From Amoebophrya sp. A120 (taxonomy: Eukaryota; Protista; Dinoflagellata), in the NCBI GenBank assembly GCA_905178155.1, contig CAJINV010000011.1, forward strand, positions 1,263,982 to 1,327,981: DNA of 64,000 nucleotides, read 5' to 3'. Below are positions 1 through 13,069 of the stretch, one piece after another. The notes under the pieces are model-generated. The model was given only the letters and a program-made list of their open reading frames with translations. It searched no databases and was not told the DNA's origin. Within the stretch, counting starts at the first letter, position 1. Each line of letters opens with the position of its first letter. The position numbers and the translations under genes are program-made.

Positions 1-230
1 CCAGAAGGTGAAGGATTAGAATTAGAAAGCGTAGCACAGAAAGTGAAACTACAAGCGAGGAAGGCCAGAAGAAGATCATGTTAACATAGATTACGTTCGG
101 GTACGCGCAACATATGCTATACAAGGTCTGAACGTAAAAGGAACGCGCCGTCTACTGCTATCAATTAGAGCACGACGCTTCATCGTATTTTTCTGTGTAA
201 CGAGTAAAAACCTTCCACTAACTCACGACC

Positions 231-3200
231 ATGCCGCCGAAATCCAAAGCTCATCACCACCGTTCTGGGCAGAACAATGTCAAGAAGGCGCACAACAAGA
301 AGCGCGGGGCCGGACCAAACCAGCCTGCGCCGCAGTTGCTGGCCTCGAAAGGGAAGAAGAAGCAGAACAACAAGTCTGGCAATGGTGACAAGAACTCAAA
401 AGCTACCGCCCCGAAACTCGTCTGTTTCGTCGCGTTACACGACAGCGCAAATCCGTACTTGTTGAAAACCCAGTGCCTGAAGCAGGTCGGGTACGAAACG
501 GAACACCTTCCGTACTCGCCGGTGACGGTCAATTTGCCGCCCTGGGCACAGACCAGCGCGCCAGGAGCCGGACAAGGAACTAGAGGTACGACTTCTTTGA
601 CAGGCATTTAAGATGACGAAGAGGATATCGTCGATTAAACAACCTGAACCAATCTACCATCAGGTTCTTGTTTCAGGAGTACCATGAAAAACCCTAAGTC
701 AGTGATTAGCTGCAACACGTGGACGTGCCTTCTTCACCATGAAGATGATGATAAGTACATTTATTCGCATGTGAATGTGCATAATCTAAATCTATCTCCA
801 CCCCCATCATCGAACAGGTAACCAGCGCATGACGTTTTGGGACATTGCCAGTCGCGACAAGTTTCACATCCTAGATGCCGCCAAGGTCGCGGACGTGGTG
901 GTGCTCTGCATGGGACCCCACGGGTCCCTGGAGTCCCGCCCTTTTGACGACATTGGGTACGAGACCCTGTCCTGCCTAAAATCCCAGGGCGTGCCGACGG
1001 TGGTGGGGGCGATGCAGGGGCTGGGGGGTGATAGTAGCTACCAGAGCATGGTGGAACAGCTGTTCAGCCAGGATACGGTCGCGAATTCCTCCTGCTCTTC
1101 CTCCTCCTCCTCCAGCACAACGACGACCACAACCTCCAAACATGCCCAACAGATGTTGTCGAAGAAGCAAAAACAGGCCATGTCGAAGCTCGTCCAGCGC
1201 TTTTTCGAATCAGAGTTCCCGAACGGCGAGAAATTCTTCGAGTGCAGTACTCCAAACGACTTGACCAATTTCGTCCGCCACGTTTCAAATACCAATTTGA
1301 AAGACCTGGCCTACCGAAAAGACCGGGGCTACATGCTGATAGAACAAGCGGAACCGAATTTCGAGAACGACAAAACGAAATTGAAATTATCCGGTTTTCT
1401 CCGCGGTTCCGGCATCTGCAGCAATAACCTGGTGCATTTGACCGGAGTGGGGGATTTTCCGGTTTTGGAAATTGCCACCGCGGACGGGAAGCAGAGACGG
1501 GTCAGGATGAATAAAGTGGGTACTGTTGAAGGCGGTAGTGCAGCAGTTAGTGAAATTCAGCGGCTGCAGCCCTACGATCCGTCGCAGAATGAGCAGCATT
1601 TGGGGGAGCAGGAGGCAAACAATGACTGTGCGATGGACGGGGCGGGGGACGGTAAGGAGTTGGTTTTTTTTGACGTTGCAAAAAATGTGTTTGCTTTCTT
1701 TCGTGATTTGTCGTAAGCGATCATCTAAAATCGCGCATATTTTTTTCCCGCCAACACTACACTAGAGCAGCCGTCAAGAATAAAGAAAAAATGAAAAAAT
1801 CGCAGCCGACGCCATGACCGATATCCCGGACGCGGCGGAGGGCGCGGTGCCAACGATGCTGGGCACGGCAGGGTTGAAACAAAGGGACGAAGATGAGGAC
1901 TCCGATTTTTCCTTTTCCGATTTAAACGAAGAACTGTTCCGCTACGCGGAGGAGTGCCCGACAAAGAAAACGATGGAGTTTGAAGAGCGCGCATTGGAAG
2001 ATCTGGATTTCCCGGACGAGGTTGACACCCCGTTGCCGCCCGCAGAAGCGAAAATCAGGTATGAATCCAGGAAAAGCGCTTTCGTTTTGTTGTCGCCGAA
2101 CTTTGAGCGAAAGTCGAAAAGCATTTCTGATAGAAGTTCTAGGTCCTCACACCCTTCATCTATCTTTTTCACAGATTCTAGTGTGTCTCTCATGTGCAGC
2201 TGTCAGTTTGCGTTTATCGTTTGATTCTTTCGAACATCAATACGAAAATAACCCTCGTCCCTAGGTTCCAAAAATACCGGGGTCTCCGCTCGCTGAAAAC
2301 CTCCCCGTGGGACCGCTACGAGGACTTACCCTTGGAGTACTCCAGAATCTGGGAGTTCGACGGCTTCAAGAGTTGTGTGAACGCGGCGAAGGAGCAGCAC
2401 GCGGAGGATGTGGAGCAGGAATGGACGAACAGTGACGGGAACAAGGACAGTACTAGTGCCAGTACTTCTTCTAGCATCAAGGGCCAGTACGTGCACATTG
2501 TGATTGGGAACATCACGGAAGCTGCGCTGGAAAAGCTGAAGAATTTGAACATGGTGCGGAACATGACACTGAGAAGCACCGATGGGGAATTAAATAGCAG
2601 TACAAGCACTTCCACCGTGGTCGTCCAGGGCCCCGTGATCTTATCCACCCTCTTCGAGCACGAGCACCAGGTGTCCGTGATGCATTTCCAGATCCACCGC
2701 ACGACCGCCGGCACTGATTCCCTCACCACCGGCAAAACCCTCGACCGGTCGATCAAGTCCAAAACCGAAACCGAATTCCACTGCGGCTTCCGCAGGTTCC
2801 TCGCCCGACCGATTTTCTCCCAGCTACCGAAAAAATCCTGCGCGGAAAAGGACAAACACCTGTACCAACGGTACTGCCACCCGGGCCAGAGCTGCGTCGC
2901 CTCGGTGTACGCACCGATTTTGTTTCCGCCTTGCACGGTTCTCATGTTCGAGAAGGAAGCGGGGGATATTGACAGGGTCTGCAGTTCTAACTCGTCCGGC
3001 GAGACGAAAAATGTTGAGAAGGATGATGGGCACAACATGCAGGATCAAGAAATGAGGATGAAACAAGACGACACAACGATGATGACCGACGACGCAAAAT
3101 CAACATCAACAACAACAGCGACTACAGCACTGAATAACACCATGAATCAGAAAAACGTTTCCGGAGTCACCGCCTGGACAGCTGCCGGGGAAAAGAACCT

Positions 3201-3558
3201 GCTAGCTTGGGGCGAGGTGATTGACGCGAACCCAAAGAAGATAATCGTGAAACGGTGCATCCTCGCCGGTTATCCCTTCCGCGTCCACAAGAACAAAGCG
3301 GTGGTCCGCCACATGTTCTTCAAGCCCGACGACATTCGGTGGTTTCGCCCGGTGGAATTGCGGACCAAGCACGGGCTGCGGGGGAACATCCGGGAGTCTT
3401 TGGGGACCCACGGCTACATGAAGTGCATCTTCGGCGACCGGATCAAACAAAACGACACCATCTGCATGGACCTGTACAAACGACAGTACCCAAAATGGCA
3501 CCCGGTCACCTGGGGCGGAAATCCGAACAACGGCCCAGATTCGGAAGCGCTTGCATAA
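231..3558 (+). CDS. TSR1: Pre-rRNA processing protein TSR1 (BMS1/TSR1 family), 4 exons
   Basis: Exons 231-585, 818-1651, 1806-2058 and 2265-3558 join in frame through GT-AG introns (586-817, 1652-1805, 2059-2264). Family motifs: LDAAKVAD, LSGFLRG..N.LVHLTGVGDF, FPDEVDTP, RFQKYRGLRSLKTSPWD, VRHMFFKPDDIRWFRPVELRTKHG.RGNI.ESLGTHGYMKC.F. Confidence 0.95.
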
Positions 3559-4529
3559 GTAGCACGGAAGAGGGACAATGAAAATGATGCAGTTCTTGAT
3601 GTGAAGAACTCGTTCTTTCAAAAGTGGTTTGAACTTGTAAATTCGCATTGTTTTTACGCATATGATATCTGTTAAACAAGCGCAATGTAGTCGTTATTTG
3701 TTCTAAGTTCGAAATAAAAACGACACTCAAACTGAAACTTGTACGAGTGTTCGAGTGTTTTTCAAATAGATACCATAAACACGCGCATCGGGCACGGACT
3801 CTAACACATTGATAGCCTCGACTTGTTGTGTGCGTCGTGGTCCCTGAGACTCCGTAGAGAGACAGAGAGAGCGAACAAATAATGTTTGTTGCGCTGGAGA
3901 AAGAGGAAAAGCCTACACAAGACGGACCAATGAAGACTGGTGTGCCAGAACTTGTTACTTTCGTCGTGCTCGAGGGTGAGGTAGAGCAGCTACTTGTTCT
4001 CTATGCGTTGTAAATTTCGTGGGTAGAAGAAGCAGAAACCGCAGGAGCTACTGGACCACATAATTTCCATGTCCATTCATCGCTCGCGCTTCGCTATTTT
4101 TGTCGTTCTCCTGTGCGGAGGACACAAGATGAGGGATTAGAGAAAGTGAGCAGTATTTTCGATGCCCACACGACCGTATCTACAATTTTTGCGCAAAGTA
4201 CGTAGTTGTAGTCAGACGATCAACCGAGGCAGGCAATGTAAGTACCCTTGCTCTCTGACTGTGACGAGAAGATAACGTGTTTCACTTTCGCGCCGCCGGC
4301 TAGTACGATTCATCGGTTCAAGTCGCGCATCTGCATTTCCACTTACGATCCTGCGTCCCCTTCGCGGCAGAACCGCGGCACTGACTGTTCCTGCCTTTGG
4401 AACAAAGGAGCCTAGCCAGTACCTGTAAATCTCGTCGCCATCAGGAGCAGCTCCGTCTCCTTCGCTCGAGTGGTCCTATGAGGACCTGAGAACTACCACC
4501 AGAGGCCCATTCCCATCCTGATCTCCATC

Positions 4530-6540
4530 ATGGCGCAACGCGAGTCGCGAAAAAAATGCGCCATGGAAGGGTGCTGCAAGGCGGCGGCAGCAGGCTCGAC
4601 GTTTTGTCTAGACGAGCGACACAGGTAAGGCTAACGACTGTGATCTTCTTTGCTCTGCATGATGATGATTGAAGGGCGCGTGAGAATTATTAAGCGAAGA
4701 GAAATGTCAACTCGGCTTCACGATGAAGAGGAATGTTTCAATCAATATGCACGTTCAAATATTCTGATTACCTCCAATGCGTGCGTTCCCAATTAATACG
4801 AATACCAGGTTCAAATGCGCTGTGGTTGGTTGCGACCAGCCCCAGCGGGTGCTGGTTACGGGCAAGAAATACGGCAAGTACTGCGAGAAGCACAAAAACT
4901 ACAAACCGCCCCCGACGAAGAAGACCACTGTGCCGGTTAATACTATTCCCGTGCAGATGGACGTCGCAGCGGCAGCAGTTACTGATGTACAACTACCTGT
5001 TGTAGCACGACAACAGCAGCACCAGCAGCCACCCGTAAAATCCCTCCCGCCCCCTGCGGTAGTCGCAGCAGCGCAAAAAAATCACGCTTCGTTTCCGTTT
5101 CCTGGAGGAGCGGGGGGACCAGCACGCGCCGTCCCGTCGAAGCAGGTGCGCAGCAAGCAGACCACCGGAGGAAAGAAACAGCAGTCGAAGCAAATCCTTC
5201 AGGAGGAAGTGACTACCGGAATTATCACCGGCACAGGCGGTCATAACAACTTCTCCAGCACGGAGGAGGTGAATCAGCAAAGTGCATTAGGAGCCGTTGG
5301 AAACAATTCGAAGAAGCAAGAAAATAACGGTGCGAAAAACTACAAGCGCGCTCGGAACAACAAGGCTATTAAGGCCGCGCAGCTGGCGCCGAGTCAGCTG
5401 GAGTACGAAGAGGACGAGGATAATACCTCCGAGTTGGTGCAGCCGGTACCACCACAACACAAAGGCAAAGCTGCAAATAAACAAGGCGCGATGAAGAAGA
5501 AAAGCAGCAAAGAATCTTCCACAGGAGCGGCTGTCAGAAACAAGATGAAAGCAGTGTCGAAAGAGAGCTCCTGCTGCACAACTGGAACTACTGGTGCTGC
5601 TGTGAATAAGAAGAAAAAGCCGTCTTCAAAACAAGCAGCTCCTGCAGAAGTCCTCGCTGTTGGCAATAATGGTGCTTCGTCCTCCAGCACCTCCCTCGCC
5701 GCATCACCGGAACTCTCTACCACGATGCAGCCACCGATAGGGGGATATGCAATACAACTTTCCCGTACATGCATATAGACGCATCACAAATTTCACGAAT
5801 TTGGAGTGCAACACTTGTCATGCTGAACTAGGATCGAAGCCCAATTTTGTCATGCAGAGACAGCATTTGTACGTGTACGGGAAATTTCTTGTGGATTTAG
5901 GAGCTGCGGTAAAAACAATTAGCGGCTTCAACAAAACCACCTCCACCAGCACCACAGCTGCATCTTCCATGTCTAGCAAAAACCAAAAGCCGAAGTGCCG
6001 ACAGCCGGGGTGCTACTTCCTCGCGGTGGACCCGTGTGGGGACTGCGGGTACTTATCGAAGAAAGAAAATGTGAGTGTAAGTGTAACTTCTTTGCAGAAA
6101 CAGCATCACAGATTTGTTTTGCATGACAGAGAAAACCTGTCATGCGTAGGTAGTATGCGAAAACACGTCTGAAAATAGCCTGTGATGCATATCCAGCATG
6201 ACAAGTTGTGTCAGTGTTTTGCAACATCTGCAAGACAAAGTTACACTTGTTTTTTTTTCTTGCATAGTACTGTGCCGAAAAGCACTACTGCTGGGGCGCG
6301 GTCCCGAACTGCTGGGTGCGGGTGAACCAATTCGCCACCTTCTGCACCAGTTGCACGATCCTGAACGCGGCCGAGAGGCAGAAAATAAAGCAGCAGAAGA
6401 AGACGAGTAAGAGCAGCTCGTTTTTCAGTGGGCGGGAAGAGGACGAGTTCTGCGAGGCAGAGGAGGAATCGTCGTCGTCTTTCTCCTTTCGGGCGGGCAT
6501 CACATCCCCGGCGCCGAAGAAGCGACGGCTGATTGTTTAA
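4530..6540 (+). CDS. Hypothetical protein with several C-x4-C...C-x2-H/C zinc-binding-like motifs, 4 exons
   Basis: Exons 4530-4624, 4809-5745, 5903-6070, 6268-6540. GT-AG introns at 4625-4808 and 6071-6267, introner at 5746; all joins are in frame. Motifs: CAMEGC..FCLDERH, CAVVGC..YCEKH, CRQPGC, YCAEKH, FCTSC. Confidence 0.7.
5746..5897. mobile_element. Introner family E, copy 1
   Basis: TIR tatgcaatacaactttcccgtac / gtacgggaaatttcttgtggatt. Imperfect TSD gggga/tagga. Homologous along its length to 20014-20170. Removing 5746-5902 fuses PPIGG|AAVKT in frame. Confidence 0.85.
6079..6248. mobile_element. TIR element inside canonical intron 6071-6267
   Basis: Inverted repeat aagtgtaactt (6079-6089) / aagttacactt (6238-6248), extending imperfectly inward. 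Carries the gcatgaca/tgtcatgc motifs shared with the introners. Confidence 0.7.
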
Positions 6541-7767
6541 AGGCAAACTGAAACTTTGCTTTCGTTGGGCCTAGTACGCCTCATGCGGCGAGAGGAACAA
6601 GACATGGATAGAAGGCAATTATGACTGCTCACAGTCGTCGGCGCCAGCACTGACTGGCTCTGTATGGACAAAGTCGCTGTTTGTCATCAATCTACTATTG
6701 AATCGTGTCCTATTGATGTATTCACTTTGCGAGCCTAGTACTTGTGACACATTGTACTTCATCAACTTTCATCTCTAAATCGCTATCAACGGAGACTTTA
6801 CCAATGGTGGAATCAACAGAATCGTCGTTGTTGACACGTTCTTGTACGGCTTAGCTCACTTCCATTAAAATCGTTTTCAATTTATAGTTTTCATCAGAAC
6901 CAACTTTCTTGTATCAAATATCGACACTACGACGACTTACTTTGTCTTCGACCTACGTTTACGTAAACGAGATTTTCTCTACTCAGGAGTTCTCTAAGAA
7001 CTTCATCCGGTTCCCAGCTTGAGCTTTCTGCAAGCTATAACTAGCAAGACTCAGCACAATCACAAGTATATAAAAACACAAATTACGCCACAGTGACGTA
7101 TAAATATCAAGGTCGTGCGGTCCAACGGCTACTACCTACGTACTACAGGTAGCCTTAGAGGACCCATGACAAATAAAAAAAAACAACCATTTTCCGGTTT
7201 TTGTCGAGCTTCTTGAACACTCGCTGTACAACTTTCAGCGCAGTTGTGACAGACTTTTGCTTATCTTTATTTCGCTTTATTGTATGACAACCTGAAGCTG
7301 AAAAACAAAAATCGTGCCCGCCAGACTGCTCGCCGAGCCCGAGCCCGAACGCATCATCGGAGTCGATACGAAAGTGACTGGTACGTGTATTAACCATCTG
7401 CCAACAGCGGAGGTAAAAAGGAGCAGATTCATCACGGTTTTTTTGGACGATCATGAGGTTGCATTCGGTTCGGTTGTAGCCAAGGTCAAAGTGAAAGAAC
7501 TTCTTCACTCTGTTCGTGTTTTGTGTTTGATCACTATTAGTTCCTGCATGGCAATATATTCGTATGCTTTTCGCCTTTTCGAGCTCGTCTTTCGCCTTTG
7601 TCATTTCGAGGATGGTCCACATCGATGTATGAAAGTAGGAGTGCCGAACCTCTCAGCCTCTACCTTTGTATGATTTAGAGCATCACGCTGGACAAGTTTC
7701 GCATACATAAGTTGAGGATTTTTTTTGCGTTGTTGTTTCCTTGTACTGTCTTCAAAGACCTATAACT

Positions 7768-10700
7768 ATGTTCATGTCCTTCGTTCTTCCGCTTGCTCTT
7801 ACAGCGTTGGATGCTGTTGTTTTTACATTTATTTTCGTTTGCTGCGTCGATCTCAACCCCTCATCGCCCCTCATCGTCGTCCATGCCTCTCCACAACGAG
7901 ACAACATCGAGAAAACCACGACCAGGCCCGCCCGTCGCTCCCTGGAAGTGGGGGCTGCCGACTGGAAAATGCGGCTGGAGGGTTTTGTCTGCAAAGGACT
8001 GCAAGAACTACCAACATCAAATGCCGAGAACAATCCGTATCCGACCGACACGTGGTGCGCGAATGAGTGCAGCAAGGACACGGCGTGTGAGGCGTATCTG
8101 TTTCATTACGGGACAAAAACCTGCTACGTGGGCTCGTTGAACAAGCCGACGCAGTGCAGGGGGTTGTTTGCGAACTACGCGAGTTTGCAGGAGGTGGAGA
8201 GGGAATTGCCGGAGCTTTTCGGGTATGAAATGCAAATATGTCTGGGTCTGGAAGAATGAAAACTTGTGATGCGCATTTCACGACACGTAAAAATCTCTCA
8301 TGCCTAGGCAGCAAAAGCTGCCCACTTTCTGTCACTAAAGTGGAGCATTTGCCATGCGGATTCGGCATTGCGGAAGCGAAGCCTCTCGAAACCTGTCATG
8401 CTCAAGCTGCCATGCCAGACCTTCTGTGTCATGCAAAAGCAGCATGACTCTTCCAGACCCAGACATATTTGCATTTGATATCGGCAATACTGCGAGGAGA
8501 ACCAACACAGGCACGGACGACGAAGCAGATGCAGAGCCCCCCGACCCGCAACTGATCGGCGCACGGGTGAGAACACCTACGTATTTCACGGTGAGATCTT
8601 TCACGCCGGAAAGATTCTGCTCGAAAGCGATGCTTTCCTTTGCCGTGCACGCGAGGCCGCTGGACTACCTGGGAAGCTGGGAGGACGACGACGAGGAGTA
8701 CGAGAAACAGCAGAAAATGATAGCGGCGAAAAAGAAAGCAAAAGGGAGTACAACGACAAATAATAAACCCCTGACGGACAAAGATACCAAAACTGGCGAA
8801 TCCTACGACTTGCTCCCGGTTCCAAAGAACGGCACCTGGTGGCAAGCGGTGTATGCCAGCACCATTTGGCGCAATGAAATGGTGGACGCAGCGAAGCGCA
8901 GAAGAGGGTACGGATTCTTCCTGGAACGCCTCTACGATGACGCACAGACGTGGAACCAGAGTGCTCAGACGTCGGGGGCAGGTTTGGCGATAATGTCAAC
9001 TACACCAGCGTCTTCTTCTTCTTCTGGAAGTTCATCAAGTTCCGGAACGTTGAAAGCAAAAGCGGTTGCTCAACCCGCTTCTTCAACATCCTACTTCCCA
9101 GCAACAAGAGGCTGGGTCGATTATCTGGAGAGCCAGCCCTTGTATAACAAAGACCTGCACAGGTGGAGGAAAAGGAACAGGAACAGTCAAAAAAATTCTG
9201 GTTCTGCTACGGCCACAGGTGCGCTTGTTCAACAAAATAAACTTCGCCATAAAAATTTCTCCACGACCGGAGTTCAGCTTGACGAGCAGCAGGCGCGGAA
9301 GTCCATGCTCGAGGCTTTTCTCCTCAACCGCGAGAAGAAGAAAATCGCCGCGGCGAAGAACCTGAAGAAAACGGTCGAGAAGTGGGAGAACGGCGCGGTC
9401 TCGGGCGTTCCGATAAATTTTTTTGACGAGGAGACATACGACGAAAAAAGGCGAAAAAGGTGGTTGTTGAACGAGGGAGGTGATGAAGATGCCTCACAAC
9501 CTGCTCGTCCCTCCTCTTCCGACTTCTCCACCGACTTCGCGGTGATCTCCCCGTGGCGGGATGCCACGACGCTGACTGGCCACGCCATGGACAAGCCAAC
9601 GGTAGACGTTTGCGCGGGCCGGAAGCACGAGCACCAGGTGGAGCCGAGTTCCAGAGTCAAGCGGTTGCGGAAGTTCGTCCAGGGGAAATTGCAGCAGGGG
9701 ATTTTGGCGGAGTTCTTACGGCAGATCGAGTGGGAAAAGGACGAAGACGGGAAGCCGTTGGTGCTGGTGGAGGTGGACGAAGCAAGACTACAAGGAGCCA
9801 CTTCTTCCACGCGACTCAACGAGAACCACAAACTCTTCAAAATTTTCTCCGCGGAAGACGAGCGGGACGCCGACCTCGCCGCGGGCAGGTTCTCCACCCC
9901 GGAAGTTACATCAATTCTCCAGGACGAAATTCCGCAAAGGTTCGCCTTAGCGGACTTTATGGCGACCGACATCACCGAACTCTACCCTCGGTCTCTTTTC
10001 CGGGTCCGGGCCGTGATGTATGAAAGTGCACAAGTCCCCCTCCCCCTCATTTGTCATGCAAAACAGCAAATCCACCCTTTATTTCCCTCTGGTACTGCTA
10101 GCATGACAAATTCCAGAAGCCGCAACAACACTGGAATTATCGGTCGCAAATTTATTGTCATGCAAACGCTGCATTGGTGCCAGGACTTGTGTTGCTGTTC
10201 ATGCCCTTCAAATGAGGGGGTGGAGGGGGAGTTGTGCACTGTCATATGATGCCGCAGCACCTGCGCAGCGGGATTTTCCTCAACTTTGGGGCGGGGGATT
10301 GCGACCCGGTGTTTGAGCCCGGGTTTCGTCTGGTGAACCCGTTGTACGGCGTGCGGGGCTTGATCGAGGAGGAGAGGAAGTTTGTCGAACTGGTACTCGC
10401 TTTGATTCAGATTGACGTGACGAAAATGCACGACGTTTTGTCGCAGGAAACTGACGATAGGAAATCTGATCAAACAAGGCGGAAAGGTGCGGAAATTTTC
10501 AATGATATGGTGGCGGTCGAGGAAGGGGTCAGGGTGATAGAAGAAAAGCAAAGAGATGTTGAAATAATTGCCGCGACCGGGAGTGGGAGAAGTAGTAAAA
10601 GTGAAGTGGCAAAGCTGGGACGAGAGAAAAAGAAACACGTCGAGACGTTGCTCACCATGTTCCTTGAATGCGCGAAGTTTGCCGGCGCGGTGAGCTCCTT

Positions 10701-12695
10701 CTACGATAAGAAGATCGGCCGGCAACGCTGGTTCTCGACGTTTACGCGGGACGTAGCGCAGTGGTTGGACCTGCTTTTGCCGCCTGGAAGGCGGGAGAAA
10801 AACGGCGCAGAGCATGCATTTGCTTTTCAGCGGGAAAAAAGGAATGGACTTGCAGCCGCGAAGACCAAGAACAATGGTACAATCACCAGTGCAGGAGCTG
10901 GCAACATGGTAAAGCCAGCCAGTACGAGGACAACTGTGGCGTCGACCTCAAGAACGGGCACCAGTACCATTTCCATAAAACTCCACGAGCTCGACGCTTT
11001 TCTAGAGGACGGTCCTCGTAAAGCGGCCTCAACCTCGTCCGCCGGCCATGGTGCAGCCATCGGCAACAACCAACGTCCCTCCGGGGAACTAATCCTCCGC
11101 GCTATCTACGAGGAGCGCGTCCTGCCCTTTGCGGTCGGCAACCTACAACAAATTCGGAAGCAGGTCCAAGCCGTTACCGAACCCGCCCTGACCCGCGGTT
11201 TTGGGTGGGAGTACCTGGAATCCCGTGCCGATGACTGCCGCGCGAGAAAATTGCCAGGCCTGACGCTGAAGTCCGGGATCGGGGTCACGCCGCAAAACGT
11301 CCACCATTTGCTGGATGAAACTGGGTTGTTTCGGGATATCGACGATGCTGGAAAAGAAGTAGAAAGCTCCGCTCCGCCCGGCGAGCCGACTAGTACAACA
11401 ACTTCACGAACCGTTCACATCCCTTTTCCGTTCCACCACACTGCAAGTAGATCCTTCGCTACTTCTCAAACAGGTAGAACCGGTCAGCAAGAACATCTTC
11501 TTCACGCGGAGACTACGTTGAAGCGGAAAGTCGCGAACCTCCTCCCACTGCTGCAACAGGACGAGGAACACGTGAGAGAGGCGGAAGAGCAGGAAAGAGC
11601 AGAAAAGCCGCCCATCGAGTTCGTTTTCATTGACATTGACAGTTGGGATTTCGAGGTTTTGCAGGCGATCCACAGGCGATCCATGGAGTCGGGCCGGAAG
11701 GTATCCAGTGCAAATATGTCTGGGTCTGGAAAAGTGGAACTGGTAATGCGTGTCATGCATTCCTAGAAAATCTGTGTTGCATGAGCAGCAAAAGAGAAGC
11801 TTTCTTTGTCATGCAAAAACGCAATTTGTATTGCGTGCTAGGCATCAGCAGGCGTCTCAAAAACTTGTCATGCTTGGTTGCCATTGGAAGCGCTTCAATC
11901 ATGCGCAATTCAGCATCACAAGTTTCCAGACCCAGACATATTTGCATTTGATAGAAGGTGCTGGTTTACCACGTGGAGATTGCCGCCCAGTTCCCGCCGC
12001 CCTTCCGCTATACCAGCGTCTTCGACCCGGAAGTTGTCCAAAAGCAGGAGGAAACGGACACGGCCGAGACCCGGAAAACGCGACTGGCTCTCGCGAAAAT
12101 GCATGATTCCGGGCAGGATCGCGACGTGCGGGTGAGACGGGCGGTGGACGCGGGCGGAGTGCCGAGTTCATATTTGGGAGGGAAAACGATGAAACCGTCG
12201 CAGGAGAAAATAAACGCGGCAGATATTGACAAAAATACAGGTGGTGAAAGAACATCTTCAACTGCATCACCTACTTCTTCCGACGGCAGTGATAGCGCTT
12301 TTCTCTCGTCGCTCCCGGGCGCCGGCCACCCCTTTTACGTCGGGATGTCGTTACAAATTGTGGCCGACCTGCTTTTTGGCACGCATTCCCTGTTCAACGT
12401 GGGCGGCACGGATGCCATCTTCGTGCACAACGACCTGCTGCCCTACGTCAACCACCACTACGCCACGAAGCTGCCGGCGCCCACATTCCTCTGCTGGGCG
12501 CACGCGAAGCTCTGGTATCCGTTTGTCCCGGAGTACGTAGCGGAGTGGGCCTTCGACAGCGGGAAATCGTTGCAGGAAAAGGCGGAATTAATACGAAAGA
12601 ACATGACCATGTGCGACAAATTTGACTCGCTCAACGGCGTACAGAAACTGAACCCCGATAGTGAAAAAAGTCTTAAATTTCGCTTGGAAGTGTGA
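7768..12695 (+). CDS. Secreted or membrane-anchored protein with a PAN/apple-like domain and a C-terminal FkbM-like SAM-dependent methyltransferase region; 4 exons separated by introners
   Basis: Exons 7768-8223, 8486-10018, 10252-11701, 11959-12695, in frame after introner removal. Hydrophobic N-terminus. CANECSKDTACEAYLF...CYVG is PAN-like. FLNFGAGDCD, FVFIDIDSWDFEVL and LVYHVEIAAQFPPP resemble FkbM-like methyltransferase motifs. Confidence 0.7.
8224..8480. mobile_element. Introner family A
   Basis: About 32-bp TIR tatgaaatgcaaatatgtctgggtctggaaga / tcttccagacccagacatatttgcatttgata. TSD tcggg/tcggc. Removing 8224-8485 gives ELFG|NTARR. Confidence 0.93.
10019..10246. mobile_element. Introner family B
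   Basis: TIR tatgaaagtgcacaagtccccctccccctcattt / aaatgagggggtggagggggagttgtgcactgtcata. Perfect TSD tgatg. Removal gives RAVM|PQHL. Confidence 0.93.
11702..11953. mobile_element. Introner family A (body inverted relative to the 38687 and 60252 copies)
   Basis: Family A TIRs and perfect TSD gaagg. Can be read as the canonical GT-AG intron 11701-11957. Removal gives GRK|VLVYH. Confidence 0.93.
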
Positions 12696-13069
12696 GAACT
12701 TGATGAACTGCGGTCGTGGTGGAATGAGGTGCAGTATAAGAAACACAGATAATGCCGTGGTCGACTACGCGGTCTACTTCGTCTTAGTGCTACGCTTCTC
12801 CACCGGACAGCCACTTTCCCGTGCTGCTGGGCTGTGGTAGCCTAAAGTGCTGCGTGTTCTTCTCATCTGCAGTTGCGAAATAGAAGCTGCTCACTCCTGT
12901 GCAGCTAGCAGTATTAAATATGAAAATTCCACCTGCGTATGCATTTCTGACGTCGTGTGCAGCATACCTTCTAGTATGAGCCTACGACAATTATGGAAAA
13001 TCAATCAGCACCGATACCGATAGCGAAGATACCAGTTTACAACATTTATGGTGCGCAGTTACACGCAGT

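Noticed and set aside
8230-8480. Recurrent peptides (MQICLGLE, CKYVWVWK, PDPDIFAF, CAKVSY) as a protein repeat domain
   Set aside because: They are translations of introner TIRs, not coding sequence.
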